DNA of 64,000 nucleotides from Squalus acanthias (Eukaryota). Shown here in pieces: positions 47,459-58,740 of the stretch. The DNA is taken from assembly GCA_030390025.1 (NCBI GenBank), contig CM059431.1, forward strand, positions 150,600,001-150,664,000, read 5' to 3'. A model generated the notes under the pieces. That model saw nothing but the letters and a program-made list of their open reading frames with translations. It did no database searches and was not told the DNA's origin. Both the position numbers and the translations under genes were made by a program. Each line of letters starts with the position of its first letter. The stretch's first letter is position 1.

Positions 47459-49321
47459 ATAATATTCTGGCCAGCTTTGCACACTACGACCCATAGTCTT
47501 CTATGCTTTGATCAAACCGGGCAGCAGAAGTGCCACTGCGTAGCAATGTTACGGCAACGAATTCATTCATTAGCTGTTGATGTTTTAGGGCACTAGGACC
47601 CTGGGTATATGTGTGCTCCAATTACAGGGGACACTGCGACAGTATAGCCAGAACTGGGGCGGAGCAGGAAGTATCTGCTCGGTTGCGTTCTGATTGAGCC
47701 AGCATTGATTAGCGGTCATAACTCGGGAGGGCAAGGTTGGTAAGAGTATTGCAGAGCTGCACAAAAACCACGGCTGAATATGGGTCAGGCGGTAAGTTTA
47801 CTGAGCTTTGCGCCTCAGCACCGTTGTTTTTTTAAACTTTAAAAGAACATTGTGATAACATGAGATCAGTAGGAAGCCGATACTTATAATCATGACTACT
47901 GGGTAGATGAAACAACTGAGGAAAGGTTGTAACATGGGTTGTCTTTTGGGAACTGTGCATTATCAAAGTAAAGTGCGTCTCGCTCAAGCATTGCAGCATC
48001 ACTGTGTTCAGCTCCAGACATGTAAAACTGGCATCGCTGCTGTTGGAAAATAGAAGGAATGTGAGTTCATCAAATCTGAGCTCCCTTATGTGTTATGACT
48101 CGATGCATTTCCTCCATCGCCAGCTTGCAGGTTTCGAACGACCTATTGACGACCTCAGCTGCATAGATCAAGTGATAGCTGTCGAATCAGTGCACAGGAC
48201 TAATGATCATTAAAAAGCCGGGCACCCTTCCGGGCGCTATCCAGACCTAGTCAGTGCTGTGATATTTCTATCAGTAGTAAGCGGATGAAGTCACTCAGGT
48301 ACAGAAGGTAAATCTGACATCGAGGAACCTAAGGAGCAGTAATCCGATAGAGTGACAATCCATTGGCGAAAACGCTCTTCAGTGTTATTATTAGACCACA
48401 GTAGGGAGCGGTAGTGACTTCGCAATTTAGAAATGCTGAAGGTTCTGTGATATCGCCGCTATTGCTTTGGGACATGAGTTCGAGCTTGTACCTCGATCCC
48501 GCAATATCACATAACCAAGTATAACTGGAAATTAATGCGACATTATTTGGTCGCACTAGCAGTGAGCGGATGCAATGACTGTGTTCGATCGCTGTGTTTG
48601 GCGACGTTTCGAACTCGACTGCTAAAATCCTTTACGATCTTGCAACTATAATCTGCCTTCAGATTCCGCGTTGCAATCACATTGAGGAATGGAATTCTTT
48701 ATGCAGCAATACAACTGAGCTGGCAGCTTTGTAAAACATTTGCCGTCGTGGCCTTTATTCAAGGAGATGAGAGTGTAGCAGGTTCCCCATGTGCTGGTCC
48801 CGCTGGGAAGGTGGTGAGTCCCGGGTAGGATTGGTCTCGGCTGTGGCACTTCACCATCAGGGTTCATGTAGAAGTATTGCGCACTGGGCAGTACGTCAGA
48901 GCTTTGAAAGATGTCCGTGAGGGTCTCTTTCTCCTGCCTTTCTGGTACGCTTGCTCGAAGGACATTCAGCGAGCGTCAATTACAGTTCTGACACCAGGCG
49001 AGTTTTCCTGAATTCCAATTGCATCTAACTCCCTAAAGGACGATCATGTTCTGTGAGAGAATTTGTATTCTGTTTGTTTTGGTACATTTATGTCGCTTCG
49101 AGCCTGCCGATTCCTACCATAAACTTGAAGCAGAATATTGTACTGCAGTGTGTGTATGTCTGGCACACGATGCGTCCTGTGCGCACTTAGCGTGTTTTCT
49201 GAAGCACTGAGTGCAGGTTTATGTGTCGACCCGCAGAACGTTACCCAGTCATGTCTTTGCAGGACACTTTGAAGTGAAGGTGACTTTCCAGTGCCGAGTG
49301 ACTTTAGAACACAGGTAGACT

Positions 49322-50390
49322 TAGAATCATAGAAGCTTACAGCACAGAAGGGATCATTCCTGTGCTGACTCTTTGAAAGAGTTGTCCAATTGAGTCCCAG
49401 ACCACAGCATTTTCCACATAACACTACAAATTACTTCTCTTCAAATACATGTCCAATTGCCTTTTGAAAGTTCCTATGGAATCCGATTCCTATTTCCTTT
49501 CAGGTAGCACGTTCCAGCCCATAACAAAATTCTGTGTGAGATCATTTCTCCTCATTTCCCTCTAGTGCTTTAGCCAATTTTTTTAAATATCTGGTTACCG
49601 ACCCACTTACCAGACGAAACAGTTTCTCCCTTCTAGATCCATCAAAACCCCTTAGATTTTTGAATACCTCTATTAGGTCTCCCGTTAACCATCTCTGCTC
49701 TAAGGAGAACAATACCAGCTTCTCCAATCTCTCCACATAGCTGAAGTCCTTCATCCCTGGTATCACCCTGGTAAATATCCTCTGTACCCTCTCCAGGGAC
49801 TTGACATTCTTTCTAAAGTGTGTGCCCAGAATTGTACTCCAACTGAGGCCTCACCAGTGATTTGTAAAGGTTTACCATGAATTCCTTGCATTTCTAATCA
49901 ATGCCACCCTATTTGCAAAGCCGATTATCCCACACGCGTTCGTAACTACGGTATTAATTTGCACACATTCAAAGATTTGTGAATATGCAGCCCCAGATCC
50001 CTCTGCTGAAGCACCTTCTTAAAAATTGGACCATTTAGATTATACTGCCTCTCTATTTTGTTTCTCCCAAATTGCACCACTTCACACTTATCCACATTAA
50101 ATGACATCTGTCATGTGTCTGCCAATTTCACCAGTCTGTCTATATCCTCCTGAAGTCTGGCACGATCAGTTCACCACTATTATTTGCCTGACCAGCCCTG
50201 AGCCAATTACGTAGCCAAGTGACCACCGTCCCTTTACCACCATGCGCTTCTATTTTCCGAGTAAGACTTTTGAGAACAAAGTAACTAATTAACACAGATG
50301 GATTGTGAAGTACACAGTGACATTCTAGTAAAAGGTAAGTCTCTAACAAAGATTGATTTCCAAGTACAGGGCAACTTTCCCTCACGACTG
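49322..50390 (-). mobile_element. CR1 fragments (RT to 3' UTR)
   Basis: MIPGMKDFSYVERLEKL...; reverse tail tagaatcatagaa at 49322. Confidence 0.85.
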
Positions 50391-50552
50391 TGTCCTCTGC
50401 CCGGTTCCGTTAGAAATATTTTATTACCAGGTTAGACGATTCGCCAGCAAGATATGGACGTTATGATCAAATTCAGCGAAAGTCGTCGATAATTTGTATA
50501 ATCTGTTCCCAGTCCGTAAACAGGCACAGCCACATTAGCTGACGTAATAACA

Positions 50553-50837
50553 AAAATGAGAAGTCGCACAACACCAGGTTATAGTCCAACAGTTTTATTT
50601 AAAATTTTGAGCTTTCGGAGCGCTGCTCCTTCTTCAGGTACAAGTACAGTGAGGGAATACAAATCGGCAGTATATATACACAGAGAGCAATTTGTATTCC
50701 CTCACTGTACTTGTACCTGAAGAAGGAGCAGCGCTCCGAAAGCTCGTAATTTTAAATATAACTGTTGGACTATAACCTGGTGTTGTGCGACTTCTCATTT
50801 TTGTCCACCCCAGTCCAACACCGGCATCTCCGCATCA
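50553..50837. mobile_element. Fold-back Penelope-derived mini-element with hammerhead-like cores and 13-bp TSD
   Basis: 115-bp inverted arms 50550-50664 and 50690-50804 with 3 mismatches. Direct repeat tgacgtaataaca at 50540-50552 and 50838-50850. Confidence 0.88.
50712..50750 (+). ncRNA. Putative minimal hammerhead ribozyme core (mirror copy on minus strand at about 50604-50642)
   Basis: CTGAAGA-A-GGAGC(agc)GCTCC-GAAA-GCT, i.e. CUGANGA, a 5-bp stem II and GAAA. PLE pLTRs are known to carry minimal hammerheads. Confidence 0.6.
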
Positions 50838-51807
50838 TGACGTAATAACAGTTTGAGGATTTGATATGTTGGATTGCCAAATGGAGTATGTATGGCCACT
50901 TTTCCAACGGGTTACCATAGCGATGCACAAAATTGTATTGTCACCACTGAATTACTTGGCCGTTGCTTTGCTAACTGAATTCTTTGCCTCCAAATCGTCC
51001 CTATAATTTATTGTTATTTTTTAAAAAGTATATATTAAGAAGAATTAAGCCAGCATTGATCAAGGATCTTGTTCCGCTGCAGTTCTCTTTGTTTTGAGTT
51101 AAAATGTTTAATAATACCAAAAATCCGGCTCCAGTTCCGTGAGAAAGTTTGTTTCTGTTGATTGTTTTGGTGAAATAACTCGTCTGGTGCAGATGTTGTT
51201 AGAAGCAGTTTAATTCTGGCTCGTCACCAGGGGCGCGTATTTCTCAATGGAATGTGTGTGTGCGCGCGCACTTCCTGGCACAAAATAAGAAGACTCGGCA
51301 ACAGCTCAACACAAAGTCAGGTGACGACTTAGTCTCTGAGAGTTGCTATGGTCACAGCGAGACAGAATATTGTTTTTCATTTTGATTGTATTATTTTTAA
51401 AAATGACGACACGCTGGGGTAATTTTACCTTTGAACGAAAGTGTAAAATGGGGATATCGAATTGGCCGCATATTCAATTTTCAATGTTATTAAAACAACG
51501 TTTATCTCAAACCAACGCTTACTTTGAAACTTCTGACACTCGCTCCCCCGCCCCGCCCCCCCCATTAAACTAGTGAACCTCTCATTTTTCTTTACATTAG
51601 TGTCGCTATTTGATATGAAGTTTGATAATTCTGATATATTTGGCCGATCCCTGCTGGTGAATTTTAAGTGTGCTATTGTTACAGAATCTCCGACTAAAGA
51701 TAGATTCCTCGTTATCTAGCTTCCTTTCAATCCGTTCTACGTGTGTCATATTTGGTTGGACATTATTTCACTTTTTAATCAAGAGGTGTGAGCTTCAGAT
51801 TCTTTAT

Positions 51808-53226
51808 AATGGCCCGTAATTTGCAACCCCTACGGGCGCGTACGAGGCCTCGCAAGTACCGGGTTTTCGCGCGCGAAGCGCATGCGTGAATACCCGGAAC
51901 TTGCGATATTTCAAGAATCTTCTTGACAGATCGCAGCCATCCCCGGGAAAATGGCATTCATGGGTGGAGAGTTGGTCTATTGGCCCAACTTCTGATCAGC
52001 GAATGCCCGTGAAATACTTGCCAGCGTAAGAGTTTACAATTAAAAAAAAATTGCATCATAAATACATTAAAAAACCTGTACAATAAGGTAAGGTTATTTT
52101 TAGCCCCTTTAAAACATGTACATTTATTTTTCAAAAAATTGAATTTTTGTTTTAAATATTTAACTAAATGACACTTAAATTAATTTTAGATATGTAACTT
52201 TTTTTATTTATTTGACGTGTAGTTGTATTTTTGGGGGTATTCCCACTCATGCTTAAGGGGTTTCTGTACACCACTTTCCATACCTCGAACCTATTGTCAA
52301 CAAGTGAAGACGTCGATGACGAAGTCCAACACCACCTTCAGAGTGCCAATGCAGCCTTCGGTCGCCAGAGGAAGAGAGTGTTTGAAGACCAGGACCTCAA
52401 ACCCGGCACCAAGCTCATGGTCCACAAAGCAGTAGTGATACCCCCCTCCTGTATGCCTCAGAGACATGGACCATGTACAGCAGGCACCTCAAAGCACTGG
52501 AGAGGTACCACCAACGCTGCCTCCACAAGATCTTGCAAATCCATTGGCAGGAGAGGCGCACCAACATCAGTGTTCTTGCTTAGGCCAATATCACCAGCAT
52601 CGAAGCTTTGACCACGCTCGATCAGCTCCGATGGACGGGTCACATCGTCCGCATGCCCGATTCGAGACTCCCAAAACAAGCGCTCTACTCGGAGCTCCCA
52701 GGTGGGCAAAGAAAACGCTTCAAGGGCACCCTCAAAGCCTCCTTGAAAAAGTGCAACATCCCCACCGACACCTGGGAATCCATGGCCCACGATCGCACAA
52801 ATTGAAGGAGAAGCATTCGGGAAGGCGCCCAACACCTCGAGTCTCTTCGACGGGAGCAAGCAGAAGCCAAGCGCAAGCAGCACAAGGAGCACACGTCAAC
52901 CCAAGCACCCGCACCGACCCGCCCCTTCAACTACCGACTGTCCTACCTGTGACAGTGTCTGTAGGTCCAGGATTGGACACATCAGTCACCAAAGAACGCA
53001 GTTTTAAAGTGGAAGCAAGCCATCCTCGGTTCCGAGGGACATCCTAAGAAGAAGACATAAGGCATCCCCATAAGCATGAATGGGGATTCCCTTCTTGTAT
53101 TGGTTGGGCTGGCCCTCGTGATCCCAGCGGCGCTTGCGAACAGCGTACGCCCCTGCGATATGTGGGCCTCTAACCGCGTGTACTCAGAGAGGCCCAGGAC
53201 CGCGATCTCCATACCTCCCGGACCAC
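51808..53226 (+). mobile_element. MITE family copy interrupted by an RTE fragment
   Basis: Left part 51808-52265 and right part 53060-53226 match the reverse complement of 26277-27035. Confidence 0.72.
52270..53058 (+). mobile_element. RTE-clade (BovB-like) LINE 3' fragment
   Basis: ANAAFGRQRKRVF...TKLMVHKAVV, ETWT, QLRWTGHIVRMPDSRLPKQALYSEL, GGQRKRFK, C-terminal CPTC...SRIG..SHQRT and an (aag)n tail; frameshifted. Confidence 0.9.
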
Positions 53227-53274
53227 ACTATCTAATTCCCTCTATCTCCCTCCTTTCTTGAATAGGGGCGTTAC

Positions 53275-54600
53275 ATTTGCGGTTTTCCTGTCCAGGGAGT
53301 TTTGGTAGATTACAACCAACGCATCCACTATCTCTGCAGCCACTTCTTTTAAGACCCTAGGATGCAGGCCATCAGGTCCAGGGTACTTGTCAACCTTTAG
53401 TCCCATTGGTTTGCCCAGTACATTTTCTCTAGTGATAGTGATTCTTTTAAGTTACTCTCTCCCTATAGCCCCTTGATTATTAATTATTATTGGGATGCTT
53501 TTAGGCTCTTCTACTGTGAAGACCGATACAGAATATTTCTTCAAAGTCTCTGCCATTTCCAAGTTTCCCATTATTAATTATCCAGTCTCATCCTCTGCGG
53601 GGCCAACGTTTACTTTAGCTACTCTCTTCCTTTTTAATACCTGTCGAAGCGCTTAATGACTGGTTTTATATGTTTTGCTTGATTACACTAATAATCTATC
53701 TTCTCGCTCTTTGTTTTTTCTTTGTCATCCTTTGTTGCTTTCTAAAAATTTCCCAATCCTCTGGCCTACCACTAATCTTCGCAACATTGTATGCCTTTTC
53801 TTTCAATTTGATACCATTCTTAACTTCCTTAGTTAGCCACGGATGGTTCATCCTACTCGTAGAATCTGTCTTTCTCACTGGAATAAACATTTGCTGAGAG
53901 CTATGAAATATTTTGTTAAATGTCTGCCACTGATTATCTACCATCTTACCCTTTAATCTATTTTCCCCAGTATAATTTAGCCAACTCTGTCTTCAAATCA
54001 TTTTAATTGGCTTTATTTCAGTTTAGGACACTAGTTTCAGACCCAAGTTTCTCACCCTCAAACTGAGTTTTAAATTCTATCATACTATGATCACTCTTCC
54101 CTAGAGGATCCTTTACTATTAGATCATTAATTAATCCTGTCTCATTTCGCATTACCCGATGTAAAATATTCTGCTCCCTGGTTGGTTCCACAACGTATTG
54201 TTCTAAAAAACCATCCCGAATACATTCTATGAACTCGTCCTCAAGGCTACACTTGCCAATTTGATTTGTCCAATCTACATGAAGATTAAAATCGCCCAGG
54301 ATTATTGCAGTACCTTTCTTACGAGTCGCAATTATTTCTTGATTTATACTCTGTCCTACTGTTAGGGGGCCTATAGACAACTCCAACCACTGACTTATTT
54401 CCCTTACTATTGCTTATCTCCACCCAAAATGATTCTACATCTTGATCTTCTGAGCCAATATCATTTCTCACCACTGCACTGATCTCAGGTGTGGTCTAAC
54501 CAGAGGTTTGTACAGCTGCAGCATAACTTCTACCCCCTTGTACTCTAGTCCTCTAGATATAAAGGCCAGCATCCCATTAGCCTTTTTTGATTATTTACTG
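53275..54600 (-). mobile_element. CR1 endonuclease/linker fragment plus short RT fragment
   Basis: IILGDFNLHVDW...YVVEPTRE...LGKSDHSMIEF; PWLTKEVK. Confidence 0.88.
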
Positions 54601-54979
54601 GAATCCGGCGGCCAGATTGATGACAGCTGCTGATAATGTTATGCTAATTTTGTTGAACAACTTCACCATTGTCTTTGATTGTGGAATTCAAATGTTGTCT
54701 ATTTAATTCCTTCAGATGAATCAATGTCTTTCTGTGTACTTCATGTAAAATCGACAGCCACTACTTTATCCAACGATTTGCCCAACCTTCGTCAAATTTT
54801 GTCGGCTTTGTCTGGACTAATTCCCTTTTTCAGTTCAAATGGAGAGTCCAAGTTATGTCCATTGTGGATTCTCTGATTTTTTTCCTTTGTGCATAGCACC
54901 TATTTCCCCATCAGTTTTCCGGTCCCTTCGAACGCACAAAATCATAGCCTTATATGTGCACTCCTCCCATATCTCTATA

Positions 54980-55615
54980 GTTGGTATTCTGGCTTTATAA
55001 ATAGAGGAATAGAGTTCAAAATCCAGGAAGTTATCCTAAACCTATATCAAACACTAGTTCGGCGCCAGCTGGAGTATTATGCCCAATTTCGGGCACCACA
55101 CATTAGGAAGGATCTGAATGCTTTGGAGAGGGTACAGAGAGATTTATTAGACTAGTTCCTAGGGAGGAAGGATTTCAGCTAATTGGATAGACTGGAGAAG
55201 CAGGGGTAGTTCGCCTCAGAGCAGACAAGGCTAAGAGGAGATTTCATAGAGGTGTTTGTGATCATGAAGTATTTAGAAAGAGTAAATGACGATAAGTGCT
55301 TCCAATGAATGAAATATCGATAACCAGAGGAAACAGATTTAAGTTGTTTGGCAAAAGAACCAGAGGCGACATGAGGAAAAAGTATTTCACGCAACGAATG
55401 GTTAGGATTTGGAATGCACTGCCTGATAGGGCAGTGGAAGCAGATTCAATAGTAGCCTTCAAAAGGGAATGGGATAAAAACTTGATGGAGAATTTTTTTC
55501 AGGGAAATGGGGAAAGTGTTGGGGAGTAGGACTAACTGGATTACTCTTTGAAAGAGCCGGCGCAGACTCCGTGGGCCGAATGGCCTCTTTCTGTGTGGTA
55601 CTCTTCTATGATTCC
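54980..55615 (+). mobile_element. CR1 3' fragment
   Basis: GFINRGIEFK...RQLEYYAQF...WNALPDRAVEAD. Confidence 0.85.
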
Positions 55616-55945
55616 ATCGGCCGTATAATGCTTCTGTCTAAACACTGAATTCGAAATAAGAAAAGATTCTAGTTTGACCGATACCTCTCGCTGATCTTTA
55701 GCATCCTCCTGTAAATTTTCGTTGCCTGCCCTTCGTTGACCAATACTGCTATTGTCTGAACTTCCCTCCACTTATAGCACCAGTGTACGCTTTCCTATAT
55801 ATCGTTTGTCATTCACCATCCTTCCTGTGTTAAAATCAACTTTCAGCGTCCATTCTCCCTCTCCAACTCTTTCCTTTCCATACCATTGGAACATTTGATC
55901 TCTATTGAACAAATCTTTTAAAACTTCAGATCTTTAAAATGCAAA

Positions 55946-58740
55946 CATAGAATCATAGAATCATAGAAAGTTACAGCACGGAAGGAGTCCATTTCGGCCC
56001 ATCGTGTCCGTGCCGGCCAACCAAAAGCTATCCAGCCTAATCCCACTTCCCAGCTCTTGGTCCGTAGCCCTGCAGGTTACAGCATGCCAAGTGCACATTC
56101 AAGTACTTTTTAAATGTGGTTAGGGTTCCTGCCTCTACCATCACTTCAGGCAGTGAGTTCCGGGCCCCCACAACCATATGGGTAAATAAATTTCCCCTCA
56201 AATTTCCTCTAAAGCTTCCACCAATTACTTTCAATCTGTGCCCCCTGGTTTTTGACCCCTCTGCTAAGGGAATTAGGTGCTTTCTATCCACTTTATCCAG
56301 GCCCCACATAATTATAAACACCTCAATATGGTCTCCTCTCAGCCTCCTCCGTTCCATGGAAAACAGACTCAGCCTATCCAGTCCATTTTGGACAGATCCT
56401 GCCTTATCATATTAACATCGGCCTTCCCCCTATTTAGAACCTTTATTTCCGGTCCATCTTTGTCCTTTTCCATGACTACCATAAATCTCACCGAATTATG
56501 GTCAATGTCACCAAAATGCTCTCCTACTGACACATCTACCACTTGCCTGGCTACATTCCCTAGAATTAGGTCCAGTACCGCAACCTCTCTTGTAGGACTT
56601 TCTACATGCTGGCTCAAAAAGCTTTCCTTGATGCACTTTAAGAATTCCGCACCCTCTAAGCCGTTCACACTCTGACTATCCCAGTTAATTTTGGGAAAGT
56701 TGAAATCCCCTGCTATTATCACCCTATTATTTCTACAATTCTCTGAGATTTGACTGCATATCTGTTCCTCTATCTCCCCCTGACTGTTTGGGGGCCTATA
56801 GTACACTCCCAGCAAAGTGCTTGGCCCCTTTTTGTTTTTACGTTCTACCCATATGGCCTCATTAGAGGAACCTTCTTAGTTATCAGCCCTCCTTACAGCA
56901 GTAATTGACTCCTTGATTAATATTGCAACAACACTCCTATTTTTCACCCCGCTCTGTCTCGCCTGAAGATTCTATACCCCGGAATATTGAGTTGCTAGTC
57001 ATGCCCCTCATTCAACAATGTCTCCCTGATAGCAACAATATTAACTGCCATGTGTTCATCAACACCTTCAATTCATCTGCCTTACTCGCAAGACTTCTTG
57101 CATTAAAATAAATGCCATCCAGCCTTGCCATACTGCCTTATGCCGTTACATATATGCTCTGCCTTCCAGGCTGACTTGCTTTTTCCTCTATATTTGGCTG
57201 TGCATCACCCCCTTCTATAGCTCCACTCCGTATCCCATCCCCCTCCCTTGTAAGTTTAACACCCCCCCCCCCCCGCTCACTCGAATCAGTACTAGCAAAC
57301 CTCGCCGCAAGGATGTTGTTCCCGTTCCGGTTCAGGTGCAACCCGTCCGACTTGTACAGGACCCACCTTCCCCAGAAGCATACCCAGTGATCCAGGAAAC
57401 TAAAGCCCTCCTTCTTGCACCAACTCTTTAGCCACGCATTCATCTGCTCTATCCTTCTATTCCTATACTCACTAGAAGGTGGCACCGGGATTAATCCAGA
57501 GATTACAATCTTTGAGGTCCTGTTTTTTAATCTGCTATCTAGCTCCCTAAATTATTGTTGCAGGACCTCATCCCTCTTTCTACCCATGTCGTTGGTACCA
57601 ATGTGAACCACGACCTCTGACTGTTCGCCCTCCCCGTTCAGAATGCCCTGCAGCCGTTCAGTGACATCCTTGATCCTGGCACCAGGGAGGCAAAATACTA
57701 TCCTGGAGTCACGTCCGCGGCCACAGTAACGTCTATCTCTTCCCCTTGCGATAGAATCCACTATCACTATTGCTCTCCCACACTTTTTCCTCCTCTCTGA
57801 GCCAGTCGTAGTGCCATGGATTTGGCTCTTGCTGCATTCCCCTGGGAAACCATCTCCCCCAGCAGTAGGCAAAACGGAAAATCTGTTGGAGAGGGAGATG
57901 GACCCAGGGGACTCCTGCACTACCTTCCTAGTTCTTTTACTCTGTCTGGCGGTCACCCATTTCCTGTCTGCATGTGCACTCTTTACCTGCGGTGTGACCA
58001 CCTCGTTAAACGTGCTATCCACGAAGATCTCAGCTTCGCGGATGCTCCACAGTGACTCCAGCCGCAGCTCCAGCTCCGAAACGCAGATTTCGAGTAGCTT
58101 CAGCTGGAGAAACTTCCTCCACATGTGTTCGCCGTGGACACCTAAAGTGGCCCTGACTTCCCACATAGCACAGGAGGATCACTCCACGCAGCCGAGCTGC
58201 CCTGCCATGTCCTACCCTTAATTTACACCATATACTTCCTTTAAATTAAAGAATATTGAATACACTAGGGACCTTACTTCCCTTTAAACACTACTTACTC
58301 TAAACTACACACCTTACTTTGACTTTAAGGACTGGACTGTAGCAATACTCACCAGGTCCTACTTACCAATCAGCTCCTTCACTGGTTGTGACGTCACTTT
58401 AGCGGTTTCGCAGTTGTTGCTGTTTGACTGCTCCCGCTCTCAGACTCGTTCCTTGATGTACAGTAAGAACCAATTCCTACAGGGTCAAAAGTTAGGAAAA
58501 ATAAAGGCGAAGCAAGGAAGCTCCTCCTTCCGCTCCTCATCTAACTCCCTGACTCACCCAACTCGCAGCACTCTGTTTAAACCGCACTCATTCTCTGCGC
58601 TCGGTCTCCACCCAGGGCCGCTCTCGCTGCCTCTGCTGCCGGTGAGTCTGAGCCGCTCTCTCTCTCTCCCCGCTCTTTAAATCCTCGGTCTCTGCGCTCG
58701 GTCTCCACCCAGGGCCGCTCTCGCTGCTGCCGCCGGTGAG
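55946..58740 (-). mobile_element. CR1 copy B: 5' UTR, ORF1 (coiled coil and SGNH esterase), endonuclease, large internal deletion, 3' end
   Basis: ORF1 from ATG 58208 has ELELRLESL, VVVHIGTND, DGLHLN. EN has GVYYRPP, AGDFNFP, LDLILGN, DHN. Jumps at about 56385 to the ERRRLRGD...WD 3' end with an (attctatg)n tail. Confidence 0.9.

Noticed and set aside
52458..53047. 193-aa and 144-aa ORFs
   Set aside because: Alternative frame and antisense of the RTE fragment.
58212..58365. Possible intron in the CR1 5' UTR (TTG|gtaagt donor)
   Set aside because: The donor is not conserved in copy A and there is no good polypyrimidine acceptor.
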